A stretch of 64,000 nucleotides of DNA from Macrostomum lignano (Eukaryota), in contig NIVC01000280.1 in assembly GCA_002269645.1 (NCBI GenBank), forward strand, positions 124,001 to 188,000, read 5' to 3'. Each line of letters starts with the position of its first letter. Position 1 is the first letter of the stretch. This document shows, piece after piece, positions 1 to 11,560 of this stretch. The notes beneath the pieces were generated by a model. It saw only the letters and a program-made list of their open reading frames with translations. It had not been told where the DNA came from and searched no databases. A program made the translations under genes and the position numbers.

Positions 1-3000
1 CCGACCTCGGCGTGGTGCCCGCGGCGCTGGAGGAGCCGGAGGTGGCCTATCATACCGACAGAAAGCGTCTGGTTCTCTGCGAGTGCGACAAGTACTACTA
101 TATGTACTATCGGTGGGTTCCGTTGCTGACTGTCCATTCCGTGGGGTGGGTGGTGCTGTGGGTGGTGGGGTGAGTGGTGGAATGGGTGCTGGGGTGAGTG
201 GTGGAATGGGTGCTGGGGTGAGTGGTGGAATGGGTGCTGGGGTGAGTGGTAGAATGGGTGCTGGGGTGAGTGGTGGAATTGGTGCTGGGGTGAGTGGTGG
301 AATGGGTGCTGGGGTGAGTGGTGGAATGGGTGCTGGGGTGAGTAGTGGTGGTGGTTTGGGTGGTGGAATGGGTGCTGACGGTTCTATTCGCTGAGCAAAG
401 ACCGTTATACTCCAGCGACCCGGCGGCACCCAGCGCCTTGTCCTGCTGCAAGTCCACCGGGCGGCTGCACCTGCTAGCGAAGTCGTCACTGCCGCGGCCG
501 GTGCGGGCCACCCACGCGGCAGAATTCGACGCCTACCTGGGCAGATTCGAGCCGCGGCTGCCCGGCTGCCAGTGGAAGCTGTTGCTGGCCGGCAGCAGCG
601 AGCACGTGGGCCACACGGGCTCGGGGACTCAATCCGGGCGGTCACCAGCTTGCAGCTGCTGCCGCTCACCTGGTACCGCCCGATGACTCGAGGTCGCCTG
701 GACGCCGTGCCGCCTCCCGCTGCCGACGCCTCCGAGGGCTCGGCCGGGTCCGGCCAGTTCTACGCCGACTTTGAAGGACACCTGAAATTTCACCTGGCCG
801 GCGTGTGGGCCGAGGAGGGCGCCGAGTGCGAGCACCTGGGCATCGAGTGCCGGCACCTGGCCTGCTGCGGCAGCCGGGCGCAGCTGTTCTACTCTCCCAC
901 TGGTGACGTCACTCGGCCGCTGCTCCAGGAGCCATCGACAGCTGCTGGGGCGTCAGCGCAGAAACTGAGGTGCGTTAAACTGTGTTGCCAAACGACTGTT
1001 TATGGGGGTGTTCCAAGCACCAGAATGCTAAGATTGATCCTATTTTTAGCTCTAGCTTTGTTAGAATGCACAATGAGGTACGTTTTATCTACATACATTT
1101 TGCACATTCGAATCTGCTATCTATTAAATACTTCGTATATGGTTAGGACTTGAAATTTCTGCACGTGTATTTAAGTAGCCATTGTAGAGTACGAAGTATC
1201 CCACTGTTTTAAAATTCAGTCAGTCAGTCAGTCAGTCAGTCAGTCAGTCAGTCAGTCAGTCAGTCAGTCAGTCAGTCAGTCAGTCAGTCAGTCAGTCAGT
1301 CAGTCAGTCAGTCAGTCAGTCAGTCAGTCAGTCAGTCAGTCAGTCAGTCAGTCAGTCAGTCAGTCAGTCAGTCAGTCAGTCAGTCAGTCAGTCAGTCAGT
1401 CAGTCAGTCAGTCAGTCAGTCAATAATATAGTCCATCTCCTTCCTGAAACCTTCCCCAAGAATTCTAACCTCGGTGCAGGAGTACCTGTGGAACTGGTTC
1501 GTCATACCGGACATTGGCAATCTGGCGGAGGCTGAGCTGGACCGCTGGCTGCATCCCGTGATGCAGGGCTCCGCCTTCTCCGGCGTGGAGAAGGACGAGT
1601 CCGGCGGTGCCTGCTGCAGCCTCACTCTGGTCACGCGGCTTGGACGGTCGCGCGGCGGCCTTCGTCCACTGCGGACGGGAGCGGACGAGTTCGGCCGGGT
1701 CGCCGGGTCTCGCCAGTGCGAGCAGCTGCTTGACTGGACGGCTGGCAGCGGCGGCGGCGGCTCCCGCCAGCGGATGGCCTTCGTGAGCCACTGCGCCCAG
1801 TTGCCGCTGCTGATGAGGCGCAATTTCCCTCTGATCGACTCGATTGGTCCCTCATCGATGTCGAAGCAGCCGCAGACGCAGCAGCCGGCGGTGGAGCTGC
1901 ACCCGGACTCGCGCAGGCAGGCCGCCACCCTCCGCCGGTGGCTGTCCGGACAGCTCGACCGGCTCGCCCGATTCGGCGGTGGCGGCGCCTCTCCACTGCC
2001 GCTGCTGCTACTGCGGCCGTCGGCGTCGCCGCTGGATCGGTCGGGCCAGAGCCACTGCCAGAGCGCCAAGCGGCTGTCCGACTCGCTGGAGGCCGCCTTC
2101 GAAGAGCTGCGTCGCCAGCTGAAACTCCTCAGCGCCGAAGCCTCAAGCTCGGCGGGACCGCCACCGTCGGCCTGGTCCTACCTGGAGCTGCCCGCCGCAG
2201 ACACTGGCGACGAAGCCGTCCTGGCCATGGTGGCCGCCAGCGTCGGCAGCCTCCGTCTGGTTGGCAGCGGCAACAAAGCCTCGACAGTCTCGCGCCAGAC
2301 TTTCAGCGTCTGCATGCTGGACGTGGAGACGGTCGAGTCGGCGCTGCCAGACTTGGCCGCGCTCGGCCAGGCGATGCTGGTCGCTCAGCTGCGCGGCCAC
2401 TGCAGCGGGAGCGGCGGTGAGGCGGCCAGAGCGACTCGCTTCGTTCGCGGCGTCCTGCAGCTGGCCGAGCACGCCTGGCAGCTGGCCAGGGACTCGGCGC
2501 GGCTGGCCGAGGCTCAGCTCGTCACCGACCGTCCGGCGCGCATGGTGGACGATCGGGTGAGGACTAAAACCGGCCATGTGATGGCGCTTTCTCACTGCTA
2601 GCTCAACCTCTCGCCTCACAAACATTTGCTGCTGCAGACAGTGGACCCTGTGCCATTTTAGTCCTCTCTATCCGTATGAAATTCACCGGAAATTCACCCA
2701 GAACAAAGCCGGTATTAAGAAAATTAGCAGTCTGAATGTCTTAGCTTATACTCGTAGTTTAGATTAGCACTAAGCAATTAGTGCTGGAATTTTTAAACCA
2801 AGGGAGACGGATATCTCTGCGGAAGCTCAACTGGCCTATCCAGTAAAGTCTCCCGTCTTCCTGCAGGTGAGCATGCTGGCCAAAGCGGACGCCTGGATGC
2901 ACCTGGACCTGCTCACGCAGCTGGCCACCGACATGATGCAGCGCCGGCCGCGCGGCCCAGAGACGCTGCTGGCCGCGTGCTCCCTGGCCACCTGGCCGTC

Positions 3001-3931
3001 CGTGAACCGCAGCCGCACCGGCTACCTGCACTGCGGCTTCGTTGCCGATGGAGAGGAGGTTGAACCGGACAAATCGGCCGGCCGGGCTGCACCTGACCCG
3101 GCCGAGGCCTGCTTCGCCTGGCTGGTGGCGGCACTGGAACGCGGGCTAACAGCAAGCGAGTCGACTCAGCAGCGTCCGTTTCTCGGCTCCGGCACCCTGG
3201 CGCTGCCAGCCGGGCCGGCCACAGAGGTCGCAGCCGCGGCTGCCGCCACTCTCGCCAGCGCCGATAAGCCGCTGGCCAACCTGATGAAGCTGACGCTGCG
3301 TCACGGCCTGCTGGCTCTTGTCTGCCGGGACCGGCTCCACCTGGTCAATCTGCTCTGCCTGTGGCGGCTGCCTTCGATCTCAGAAGGGTCGACGCCTTCG
3401 GAGCTGTCCGCCGCTGTTGACGCGGCTGTTGAATCTGTCACCGCCTCCTGCCCAGTGGCTGCCGTCTGGACTGTACCAGCCGAGGAACTCGCTGGAGTCA
3501 GCCTCCGACTGGCTGATGGCGGCAGCGGCTTCCTGGTCACCATGGGCTTCCGCTCCGCGCCACAAACTGTCTGCGGAGTGGTGACTGCCACCCCCGGGGT
3601 CAGCTGGACCGGGCGCCAGCTGGAGCCACGTGATCAGCGCTGGCGCTCTGCTGGCGGGGAAGCCCTGCGGTTCCTGCGGCTACTGGAGGCCCTGCGGCCT
3701 TCTGGGTCACAGAGCCCCGGGCTGCTGCGCTTTCGCGGAGTCGGCGCCTCCGTCGCTGAACCCAACGACGTCTCGGCGGGCGAGCGTCGCCATCCGTACG
3801 AATTGGCCAACGGACCCGCTCTGCTGCGGCGAGCTCTGACTCCAGCTCGACGGGGATCGACTGACGGGCCGTCAAGCTGCCTGATGGCCGACTGCCTGCG
3901 GGCCTTTCTGCGTGCCGGTGCTGGGCAGTAG
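1..3931 (+). CDS. 3' part of an unidentified multi-exon protein-coding gene (5'-truncated); predicted exons <1-71+ (donor GACAA|gtacta near 91), 416-605, 656-969, 1461-2556, 2867-3931
   Basis: GC-rich coding-like segments joined by phase-compatible GT-AG introns: a 50-nt intron at 606-655; CTGAG|gtgcgt at 969 to ccccaag|A at 1461; GATCGG|gtgagg at 2556 to ttcctgcag|GTG at 2867; stop at 3931. Family not recognised. Confidence 0.75.
133..375. repeat. 24-bp intronic minisatellite (GGGTGCTGGGGTGAGTGGTGGAAT)
   Basis: About 9 tandem units read directly. Confidence 0.95.
1217..1421. repeat. (CAGT)n microsatellite in an intron
   Basis: Perfect tetranucleotide run. Confidence 0.99.
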
Positions 3932-4475
3932 GCTGAGGCAAAATGGTCGCTGCAGCTCCAGTTAAACAAATCTGAAATTCGTCCATGCTCCATCGGCTCG
4001 GAATTTCTGCATACATTTTCTGACTGCACTATTGATACTACTGCTAAACTACTGACTTTTTTGAAAATCAATTTCTCCGATTTTATGCAGTTCCTGTTTG
4101 CCTTTCTTCAACGTCCTTCAAATATATTTAGCAACCAATTTCAACGCGAAACTCTGTGAAAGGCTAATCTCTTTTTGAAAAATTTATTTGTTGAAAATCA
4201 GCTTGAAAAACTAAAAAAACGTTTGGGATTTTCTAGTAAGCTGGTTTGCGGTCAACTGCAGTGCGTTTCACACCGAAGTATTTTATTAAAATACTGTAAA
4301 GTTTTGTGGAGAAAGCAAGTAAGCAAGTATAAAGGTCAAATCAAATAAAAGAATTCCAGCCTGAATAACCAGGACAGTAAAATTATTTACAGCTCTCGAC
4401 TCCTGTACCTGTTCAGCTGCCTCTGACGGCCCTCGGATGAAGAAGGTCAAGTCAAGCACGATTGTTAAGCAGATT

Positions 4476-6158
4476 TTACCCGCTGTCACCGTTTGCCAGC
4501 AAACTTTTACTGGCACACGCAGAGCAGAGCTTGTCATCGGTGCGCAGGCAGCCGGCTTCTCTAGTTGGATCGCATCTTCTTCGAGTTGAGGTGCTCCTCA
4601 ACTGACAGCATTTGCTCAACTTTGCACCGCAAAACGTCCAAATGCAACAGAATAAAAGTGTAAATACCAATAAAGCCACAGCGATGATCCCCAGAACATT
4701 TTTGATGGACGGTGTGACGCCTGGCTTTGGCGATGATGCTTCTGTAGGAATTCTGCCTCTGCCAGCCTGTTGGTCAGCTGTTCCACCGAATTCTACTCTT
4801 CTAGTTCCGTTTTCTACTCTTACTTTCTCAGTAGCTGGCTCGGTTGTTGCTACTTTTCTTTTAACTGTAGACAAAGTAATGCTTTTGTTATTATCACCGT
4901 CTTTATACTTAATGCGTTCAGTTACGCCATCGACGCTTTTGTTAAAACCTTCAGAACTTCTTTCCACGCTGCTTACGGTTGTTTGGCCACTTTTACTAAC
5001 TACGTTTGAAGTCGAAGTTTGACCAAGGCTAGCGTTTTTCGTTTGAACGCTGCCGCCTCCGACCATTCGTAATGGCTTTGATTGACCAACAACTCGACTT
5101 ACGGTCTTGAAGTTATTTTTCCCACTGCTGTTGCCTTCCGGAGCTGCACCGCCGCTGATAGAGCCATTGGTGAGGCCGCTGCCGCCTTTCGGAGCTGCAC
5201 CGTCGCTGATCAAGCTCTTGGTGTGACCACTGCCGCCTTTCGGAGCTGCACCGTCGCTGATCAAGCTCTTGGTGTGACCACTGCCGCCTTTCGGAGATGC
5301 ACCGTCGCTGATCGAGCTCTTGGTGTGACCGCTGCCGCCTTTCGGAGCTGCACCGTCGCTGATCAAGCTCTTGGTGTGACCACTGCCGCCTTTCGGAGCT
5401 GCACCGTCGCTGATCAAGCTCTTGGTGTGACCACTGCCGCCTTTCGGAGCTGCACCGTCGCTGATCAAGCTCTTGGTGTGACCACTGCCGCCTTTCGGAG
5501 CTGCACCGTCGCTGATCAAGCTCTTGGTGTGACCACTGCCGCCTTTCGGAGATGCACCGTCGCTGATCGAGCTCTTGGTGTGACCGCTGCCGCCTTTCGG
5601 AGCTGCACCGTCGCTGATCAAGCTCTTGGTGTGACCACTGCCGCCTTTCGGAGCTGCACCGTCGCTGATCAAGCTCTTGGTGTGACCACTGCCGCCTTTC
5701 GGAGATGCACCGTCGCTGATCAAGCTCTTGGTGTGACCGCTGCCGCCTTTCGGAGCTGCACCGTCGCTGATCGAGCTCTTGGTGTGACCACTGCCGCCTT
5801 TTAAAGCTGCACCGTCGCTGATCAAGCTGTTGGTGTGACCACTGCCGCCTTTTGGAGCTGCACCGCCGCTAATCAAGCTCTTGGTGAGCCCGCTTCCGCC
5901 TTTCGGAGCTGCACCGCCGCTAATCAAGCTCTTGGTGAGCCCGCTGCCGCCTTTCGGAGATGCACTGTCGCTGATAGAGGTCGTGCGACTGCTGACGGAG
6001 CTTTCGCTGGCGTGAATTTCTTCGAAAAAATTGCTAGTTTGGCTAACTTTTCTATAGAACAGCCGCTGGTCCTTAGTCGGGCTCGCAGCTTTGTCGTTGA
6101 AAAGTGCGTTCGCTGTTGCTGCGAGAATTGCCAGTAGGAAAAGTTTCCAGGCAATCAT
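4476..6158 (-). CDS. Intronless type I membrane protein with mucin-like Ser/Gly/Thr-rich ectodomain (cluster gene A)
   Basis: Signal peptide MIAWKLFLLAILAATANA from ATG at 6158; about 16 copies of a 51-nt/17-aa repeat (SLISDGAAPKGGSGHTK); TM VLGIIAVALLVFTLLFCCIWTFC; short Cys-rich tail. Confidence 0.8.
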   Translation of the reverse strand: MIAWKLFLLAILAATANALFNDKAASPTKDQRLFYRKVSQTSNFFEEIHASESSVSSRTTSISDSASPKGGSGLTKSLISGGAAPKGGSGLTKSLISGGAAPKGGSGHTNSLISDGAALKGGSGHTKSSISDGAAPKGGSGHTKSLISDGASPKGGSGHTKSLISDGAAPKGGSGHTKSLISDGAAPKGGSGHTKSSISDGASPKGGSGHTKSLISDGAAPKGGSGHTKSLISDGAAPKGGSGHTKSLISDGAAPKGGSGHTKSLISDGAAPKGGSGHTKSSISDGASPKGGSGHTKSLISDGAAPKGGSGHTKSLISDGAAPKGGSGLTNGSISGGAAPEGNSSGKNNFKTVSRVVGQSKPLRMVGGGSVQTKNASLGQTSTSNVVSKSGQTTVSSVERSSEGFNKSVDGVTERIKYKDGDNNKSITLSTVKRKVATTEPATEKVRVENGTRRVEFGGTADQQAGRGRIPTEASSPKPGVTPSIKNVLGIIAVALLVFTLLFCCIWTFCGAKLSKCCQLRSTSTRRRCDPTREAGCLRTDDKLCSACASKSLLANGDSG

Positions 6159-6339
6159 TTTGTCGGTTTCACAAGCTGCTTGAATTATTTTTAATAATTC
6201 GCTCGTATATAGCTGAGAGCTCGTGGGGAGTCTTATATACATCTATTTTGAGAGTCGTATTACAAGGTACGTTTGGTAGTGTACATATTTTTTACTAAAT
6301 TGGTGCTATCCTGTACATTACTGTACAAATCTTGCTTGA

Positions 6340-7570
6340 TGTGTGCCATGTGATTCTATATTTAGAGCTGATGTTTAGTGCCAAGTAGACGAAAGGTAAA
6401 ATCCATGGATATTCCAAAACGAACTTTTGCACTTTGATACAAGCTAGTACGCTCGTACTAGCAATCTGCCTCACCCTCGTAAACTACTCGTACACGTAGG
6501 TTTTGACCTTTGCCATTGTTAGTATCTTAAGGAAAATGATTTTTAAAGCAAAAAAGCATTAGCCATGAAAGTCAAATATCTGACCTAAGATATCAGAACC
6601 CCCGTGAGCTCTGGCATCAAAGCCTCTCTTGAAGCCATGGCTTAACCCTAACTCTTCCATTGATGTTTGGCCAACCAACAGCTCCCAATTGACCCTTGGC
6701 ATCTCAGCAACCCCCGTAAGCCACATAATTTTAGCTTTAGTGCCCTTGCCTGCTCAGCAGCGCGACAGGAACAAAATACCCCCCAGCAGCGGAGGGGCGG
6801 GCGCCCACCTAACCAACACGAAACAGAACGTACACACAGAAGGAGCGTGCTTGGGCACAAAGCCGGTTTGCTCAAGTGCAAGCCTAGCGCAAACCGCAGC
6901 CTTTCCTGTCTCCTCAGTGTGTTATTCCTGTTTCTGGGCGGCCTATCCCAACCGAATTTGTCAATTCCCATTAAGCCCAATCGTAACGATCAAATTTTTG
7001 CTAATTCCTTTGGAAAAAAACGATTTATAACCGCTGTGGCTGTAACAAGGGTGTAGAATCTGTACAAAGCTTCTTCCACAAGCCCAAAGGCATTGCTTTG
7101 TTGTACAGTGTACTCGTACAAACGTGATTCTATTTTTAGACTTAGTTCCAAGTTCAGAAACTTAAAACCCATGGGATTGCCATGGAACGCTTGTACTAGC
7201 GATCTGCCCCACCCTCCCGTACACTGCTCGTACACGCAGGTTCTGTTTACGACCTTGTACAGTCGCTAGAGCTAGTTTCTTAAGGAAAATGATGTTTTAA
7301 AGTAACAAAGCATCAGCCATGAAAGCCAGCTGTCCAGCTTAAGATATCTGCATCCCCTAAGAGCTTTGGAATAAAAGCCATGCCTTAACCCAAATTCTTC
7401 CTTTGATGTTTGGCCTACCAACAACTCCCAATAGACCTTTGGCATCTCAGCAACCCCCATGAGCCACAGAATTTTAGCCTTTCCTGTCTCCTCGGTGTGT
7501 TCTTCCTGTTTCTGGGCGGTCTTTCTCAACCGGCCATAAAGCCCAATCGAAACGTTCAAATCTTTGCAAC
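6340..7570. repeat. Diverged tandem duplication (~6340-7010 vs ~7120-7570)
   Basis: Colinear similarity, e.g. cttaaggaaaatgat...ttggcatctcagcaaccccc...agcctttcctgtctcctc in both copies; the first copy carries ~165 extra bp. Confidence 0.85.
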
Positions 7571-7696
7571 CGAGTGGCTTGCTGATGATAAACTGAAACC
7601 CATGTCCTGCATTTTGTTAATCAATTTCCATTTCATTGTGGAATAATAAAGTTGATTTGAATCAGAATTCAGTTGAATTACATTGGAGAATTCTAA

Positions 7697-8245
7697 TCAG
7701 CAATCGCTTAGAGAAACTGTCATCTCGGACTCAGTCCAGTCAGGCCCAGCGTCCCGGACTTGTCCTCCACCATAGCTTGGTTCCAGCGGATGTCCAGACC
7801 GCGGGCCGCCGTCTCGCTCTCGACGGCGCGTCAGGCGTCGTTTCTGATAGGCCACAAAAAGTACAGCTCCGGCCATGGCAACGCCCGCCGCCAGAGCGCC
7901 GAGCCCGCCCAGGCCGAGGCGCCGCTGTCCTTCCGCGTTCTTCTTGCTGGCCTCGGCCGCGCACTCCGGGTGCACCAGCTGGAAGGCCCGCCTGTAGAGC
8001 CAGTCCAGCCGGCCAGGAGGTTTTCCGCTGTCCGGTTCAGAGCTCGGACACGGCCTGCACTCGGGCTCGGCTAGGACGGACAGCAGCGACGGCCTGGCCA
8101 GGTAGCTGCCTGGGGGGCAGCCGGACGCTCTGCTCTTGAACAGCCGGGAAGCCCGGATGCTGGCCGATCCGGCCGGACTGAGGCTCAGGTTCAGCAGGAG
8201 CAGCGCGCACAGCACCGACAGTTTCGTTGCCGACGCGCGCTGCAT
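7697..8245 (-). CDS. Intronless type I membrane protein with TNFR/furin-like Cys motif (cluster gene B)
   Basis: Signal peptide; CPPGSYL...ECRPC plus one further Cys; TM LGLGGLGALAAGVAMAGAVLFVAY; basic stop-transfer QKRR; tail contains PLEPSY. Confidence 0.8.
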   Translation of the reverse strand: MQRASATKLSVLCALLLLNLSLSPAGSASIRASRLFKSRASGCPPGSYLARPSLLSVLAEPECRPCPSSEPDSGKPPGRLDWLYRRAFQLVHPECAAEASKKNAEGQRRLGLGGLGALAAGVAMAGAVLFVAYQKRRLTRRRERDGGPRSGHPLEPSYGGGQVRDAGPDWTESEMTVSLSDC

Positions 8246-8431
8246 AAAAATTTCAATGAATTGCTCTCTTTTTTAAATGAGCTCTGCTTAGTAGAGGCCT
8301 AAGCAGGACTCTCGCTCAGCGAGCGAAATAAATTCCACTGCAGTACAGAGATAAGCAGCTGCAGCCACGTCTCGTTGCTTACTCTGCAAATGCGCCCTAA
8401 AATTATTTATATCAAGGATATACGAGCGTAT

Positions 8432-8750
<319 letters not shown>

Positions 8751-9235
8751 AATTTAGGATGGAAGACAATTGAGGTCACACTTAATTTTAGCTTTCTTTA
8801 TCAGTCTACGGGTGTTCCCCAACTTGTACGACTAACAATGTACAACGTTTTTAGAAATGTATTTTTAGCAAGTGTGCAATATGTGTAAATTTGCAATGTA
8901 ATGGTAATTGCTATAATAAGTACTTTGTGAGTTCCATGTTCAAGCTTTCAACTCTGATTCAGAAGCCGCTGAGGCTTTGGTTGCTCGCAAATTTGGCTGT
9001 ATTTCATTTTATCGGAAAGAATTTCAGTATCTGATAGATAAAAACAGCAGCCTTTTGAATGAATTCACTTTGCACAATTTATTCATTCGTTATACTGTTC
9101 ATTTCTCGTCGTAAAATAAAACAAACAAAAAACTATAGAATTTTGCCTCACAAATTTATTTCCGAATAATTACGCTCGTATGATAAAGCACAACATAAAC
9201 CAATAATACATAACATAAACTACATAAAAAAGCCA

Positions 9236-9883
9236 TCAGTTAATTTCTTCATTGTCCACAGTTGAGGCGCCGGCATATGCCGCAATCGGTGTCTCTGCAG
9301 CTGCCAGCGGGTCTTCTTCTCTGGCATCAAATCCGGAATGTTCCTGCAACGCTAATTGCTGCTCCGGTGGAGTCGGTAGCGGCCTGCTCTGCACGGGAGT
9401 GGCGACTGCCTCAGTCATCGGCTGCTGCTCTGGCGTCTGCTCACTACGGGAAGTCGTGCGGAGACGAGTGGAGCTGCCAGTTGACTGCCTGAGCATGGAT
9501 TTTAGCTCGATCTTTTTCACTCGCTTCAAAAGCCAAGCAATCAAAGCGGCAACTCCGGTGAGAACTGCCACGAATGAGCAGACGATGATGACCAGCAACC
9601 AGGTTTCTTCGCTTAAAAAGACGGAGACTGCGCTTGACTCATCCAAAGGTGCTGGCAGTGTTGAAGACTCACGAGATGTGAATCGGTCACCAGGCGCTGG
9701 TGTTGTCATGGTTACGCTGCTCAACGCTGGTGGCTGCGTCAAGACGCACTGGCCAATGTGAGGGTCGAACTTGGTGTTCTCGGGACACACCGGATAAGCG
9801 AAGACGAAGTTCAACAGATGCGTACATAGCAGAGCGAGCAGTCTAGCGAAAATGTTTAACAAGCGCTTCATGTTTACAGCCAT
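9236..9883 (-). CDS. Intronless type I membrane protein with minimal Cys module (cluster gene C)
   Basis: Signal peptide; CPENTKFDPHIGQC; S/T/P stalk; TM WLLVIIVCSFVAVLTGVAALIAWLL; KRVKK; tail with RPLPTPP and AAYAG. Confidence 0.85.
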   Translation of the reverse strand: MAVNMKRLLNIFARLLALLCTHLLNFVFAYPVCPENTKFDPHIGQCVLTQPPALSSVTMTTPAPGDRFTSRESSTLPAPLDESSAVSVFLSEETWLLVIIVCSFVAVLTGVAALIAWLLKRVKKIELKSMLRQSTGSSTRLRTTSRSEQTPEQQPMTEAVATPVQSRPLPTPPEQQLALQEHSGFDAREEDPLAAAETPIAAYAGASTVDNEEIN

Positions 9884-10395
9884 GTCGAGTAGTCAGGGAT
9901 TGTTCTAAAATTTGTCTTTAACGATCGATGCGTTTTATGTTTTCTCCACGGCTGGTCCATGGAGAATCTGTGGCAATTCATTCTTGTTTAGTGAATGCCA
10001 TCAAGTTTAAGGCGTGTTATATTGGAGCATTATGTAATACGAGCTATAATAGCTATTACTTATATATATATACATCATATATAGCAGCAAAGCTTCAAAT
10101 ACAATGGCATATTCCATAGCAATGCGTGAGGCTATTTCTAGAAATTACGAGGTACGACCCCATTGATTCGGTTTGCATAGATGAGCCTGCCGTGTGTGTA
10201 GCAGTTGGTCCTTATTTCATACTGAGCTTACCTTTTTAATAAAATATTTTACAAAAAACGATTACCCTAAAAAGTTTGTTGAAACTGAGGTCAACAACTT
10301 CATCGACAAAAATTTTGGTTCTAAACCAAAAAACGCAATGAGAAAATGATTAATCTTACTCAAAAACCTCAAGTGTACTGTTACTAAGCGACTAA

Positions 10396-10833
10396 ATGCA
10401 CATGCTGGTGCCGGAACGCCAGAGGGCGGCGCTGTTCCAGGCGGTGATCGAGACCGTCCTGTTATACAACGCCGAGACCTGGACGCTGACAGACTCGCTC
10501 GAGGCTCAAGTTGACGCGGCGCACGCTGGCCTGCTGCGCGCCGCCTTCAAGATCGGCAACGAGCGAGTCAACAACACGGCGCTCTATCATCGCGCCGGCC
10601 TGGCCCGTCCTAGCGATCTGCTGCGCCGTCGGCGACTCCAGCTGGCAGGCGCCGAGGCCTACTGTCCGGAGCCGGTGCAGGAGGTGCTGCTACTTACGTT
10701 GCAGGCACCCTACCGGCGGGGACAGGCGAGGACTCGGCGCTACGTCGACTGTCTGCTGGCTGACGCCGGCGCCCCGGACTCTGCCGGCGGTGCGGCCTTT
10801 GTTCGCGCCCAAGCTTCGAAGCGAGCCATCTGA
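10396..10833 (+). mobile_element. Non-LTR retrotransposon fragment (C-terminal part of the RT-containing ORF)
   Basis: LFQAVIETVLLYNAETWTLT...LLRAAF resembles the post-RT LLYGxETW motif of LINE ORF2 proteins; GC-rich island in AT-rich DNA. Confidence 0.75.
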
Positions 10834-10899
10834 CGCTGCTTTTGCGAACTGACAGCGTACTCTGTTGTTGTTGTTGTTGTTGGTGTCATTTACAAATTT

Positions 10900-11050
10900 T
10901 TCTGAGCAGAGCCAGTTTGACATTGGTAAAACAGAGCGAAACCTGCACACAAGAGCAAAGGAACATTTCAAAAAGTGTCCACTGTGCATGATCACCTCGT
11001 GTGCAACCACTGTACACAACGCTAATAGCCGCAACAGCCAACTATATGAC
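10900..11050 (+). mobile_element. GIY-YIG endonuclease remnant, Penelope-like
   Basis: Translation DIGKTERNLHTRAKEH matches the (Y)IGxTxRxLxxRxxEH GIY-YIG motif. Confidence 0.55.
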
Positions 11051-11560
11051 AGAGTGACTGGTGTGCATTTAAAGATTTTCTGACTTTTCTTATTTTTATA
11101 CTGTCCACCACAAATTTTTGGGCGTTTCACCGTGCACCCACTTTCTTTCATCCACTTATCTCGGTTTTCGTTTAATCTGTCAGTAATAATATGTTGTAAC
11201 GTTCTTGTATCTTGATTACGTTGTTTTTATTATCTCTAAATTCAATGTAGATTGTAGATATACAATATTTCAATTTTACATTGCGGCTGTCTTTGAAGTT
11301 CAAGAAGTACTTCGTTCATCCGGTCAGAACATTATTTTTCATTATTATTACTTCGTATCAATTAACGGGCATCAATTAAATAAGGGTACATATGGTACTG
11401 ATATGTATATTTCACAGTATAAGCTGAATTATTTGATTTAATTGATACAACGAAGGAAAAACAAACAAATATATTAATTTTTTCTACTCATATATTGCAT
11501 TAAATATTGTAAAAAGTCTGCATTTATATAACTTGAACTATAATACGATATTCGCAGCTG

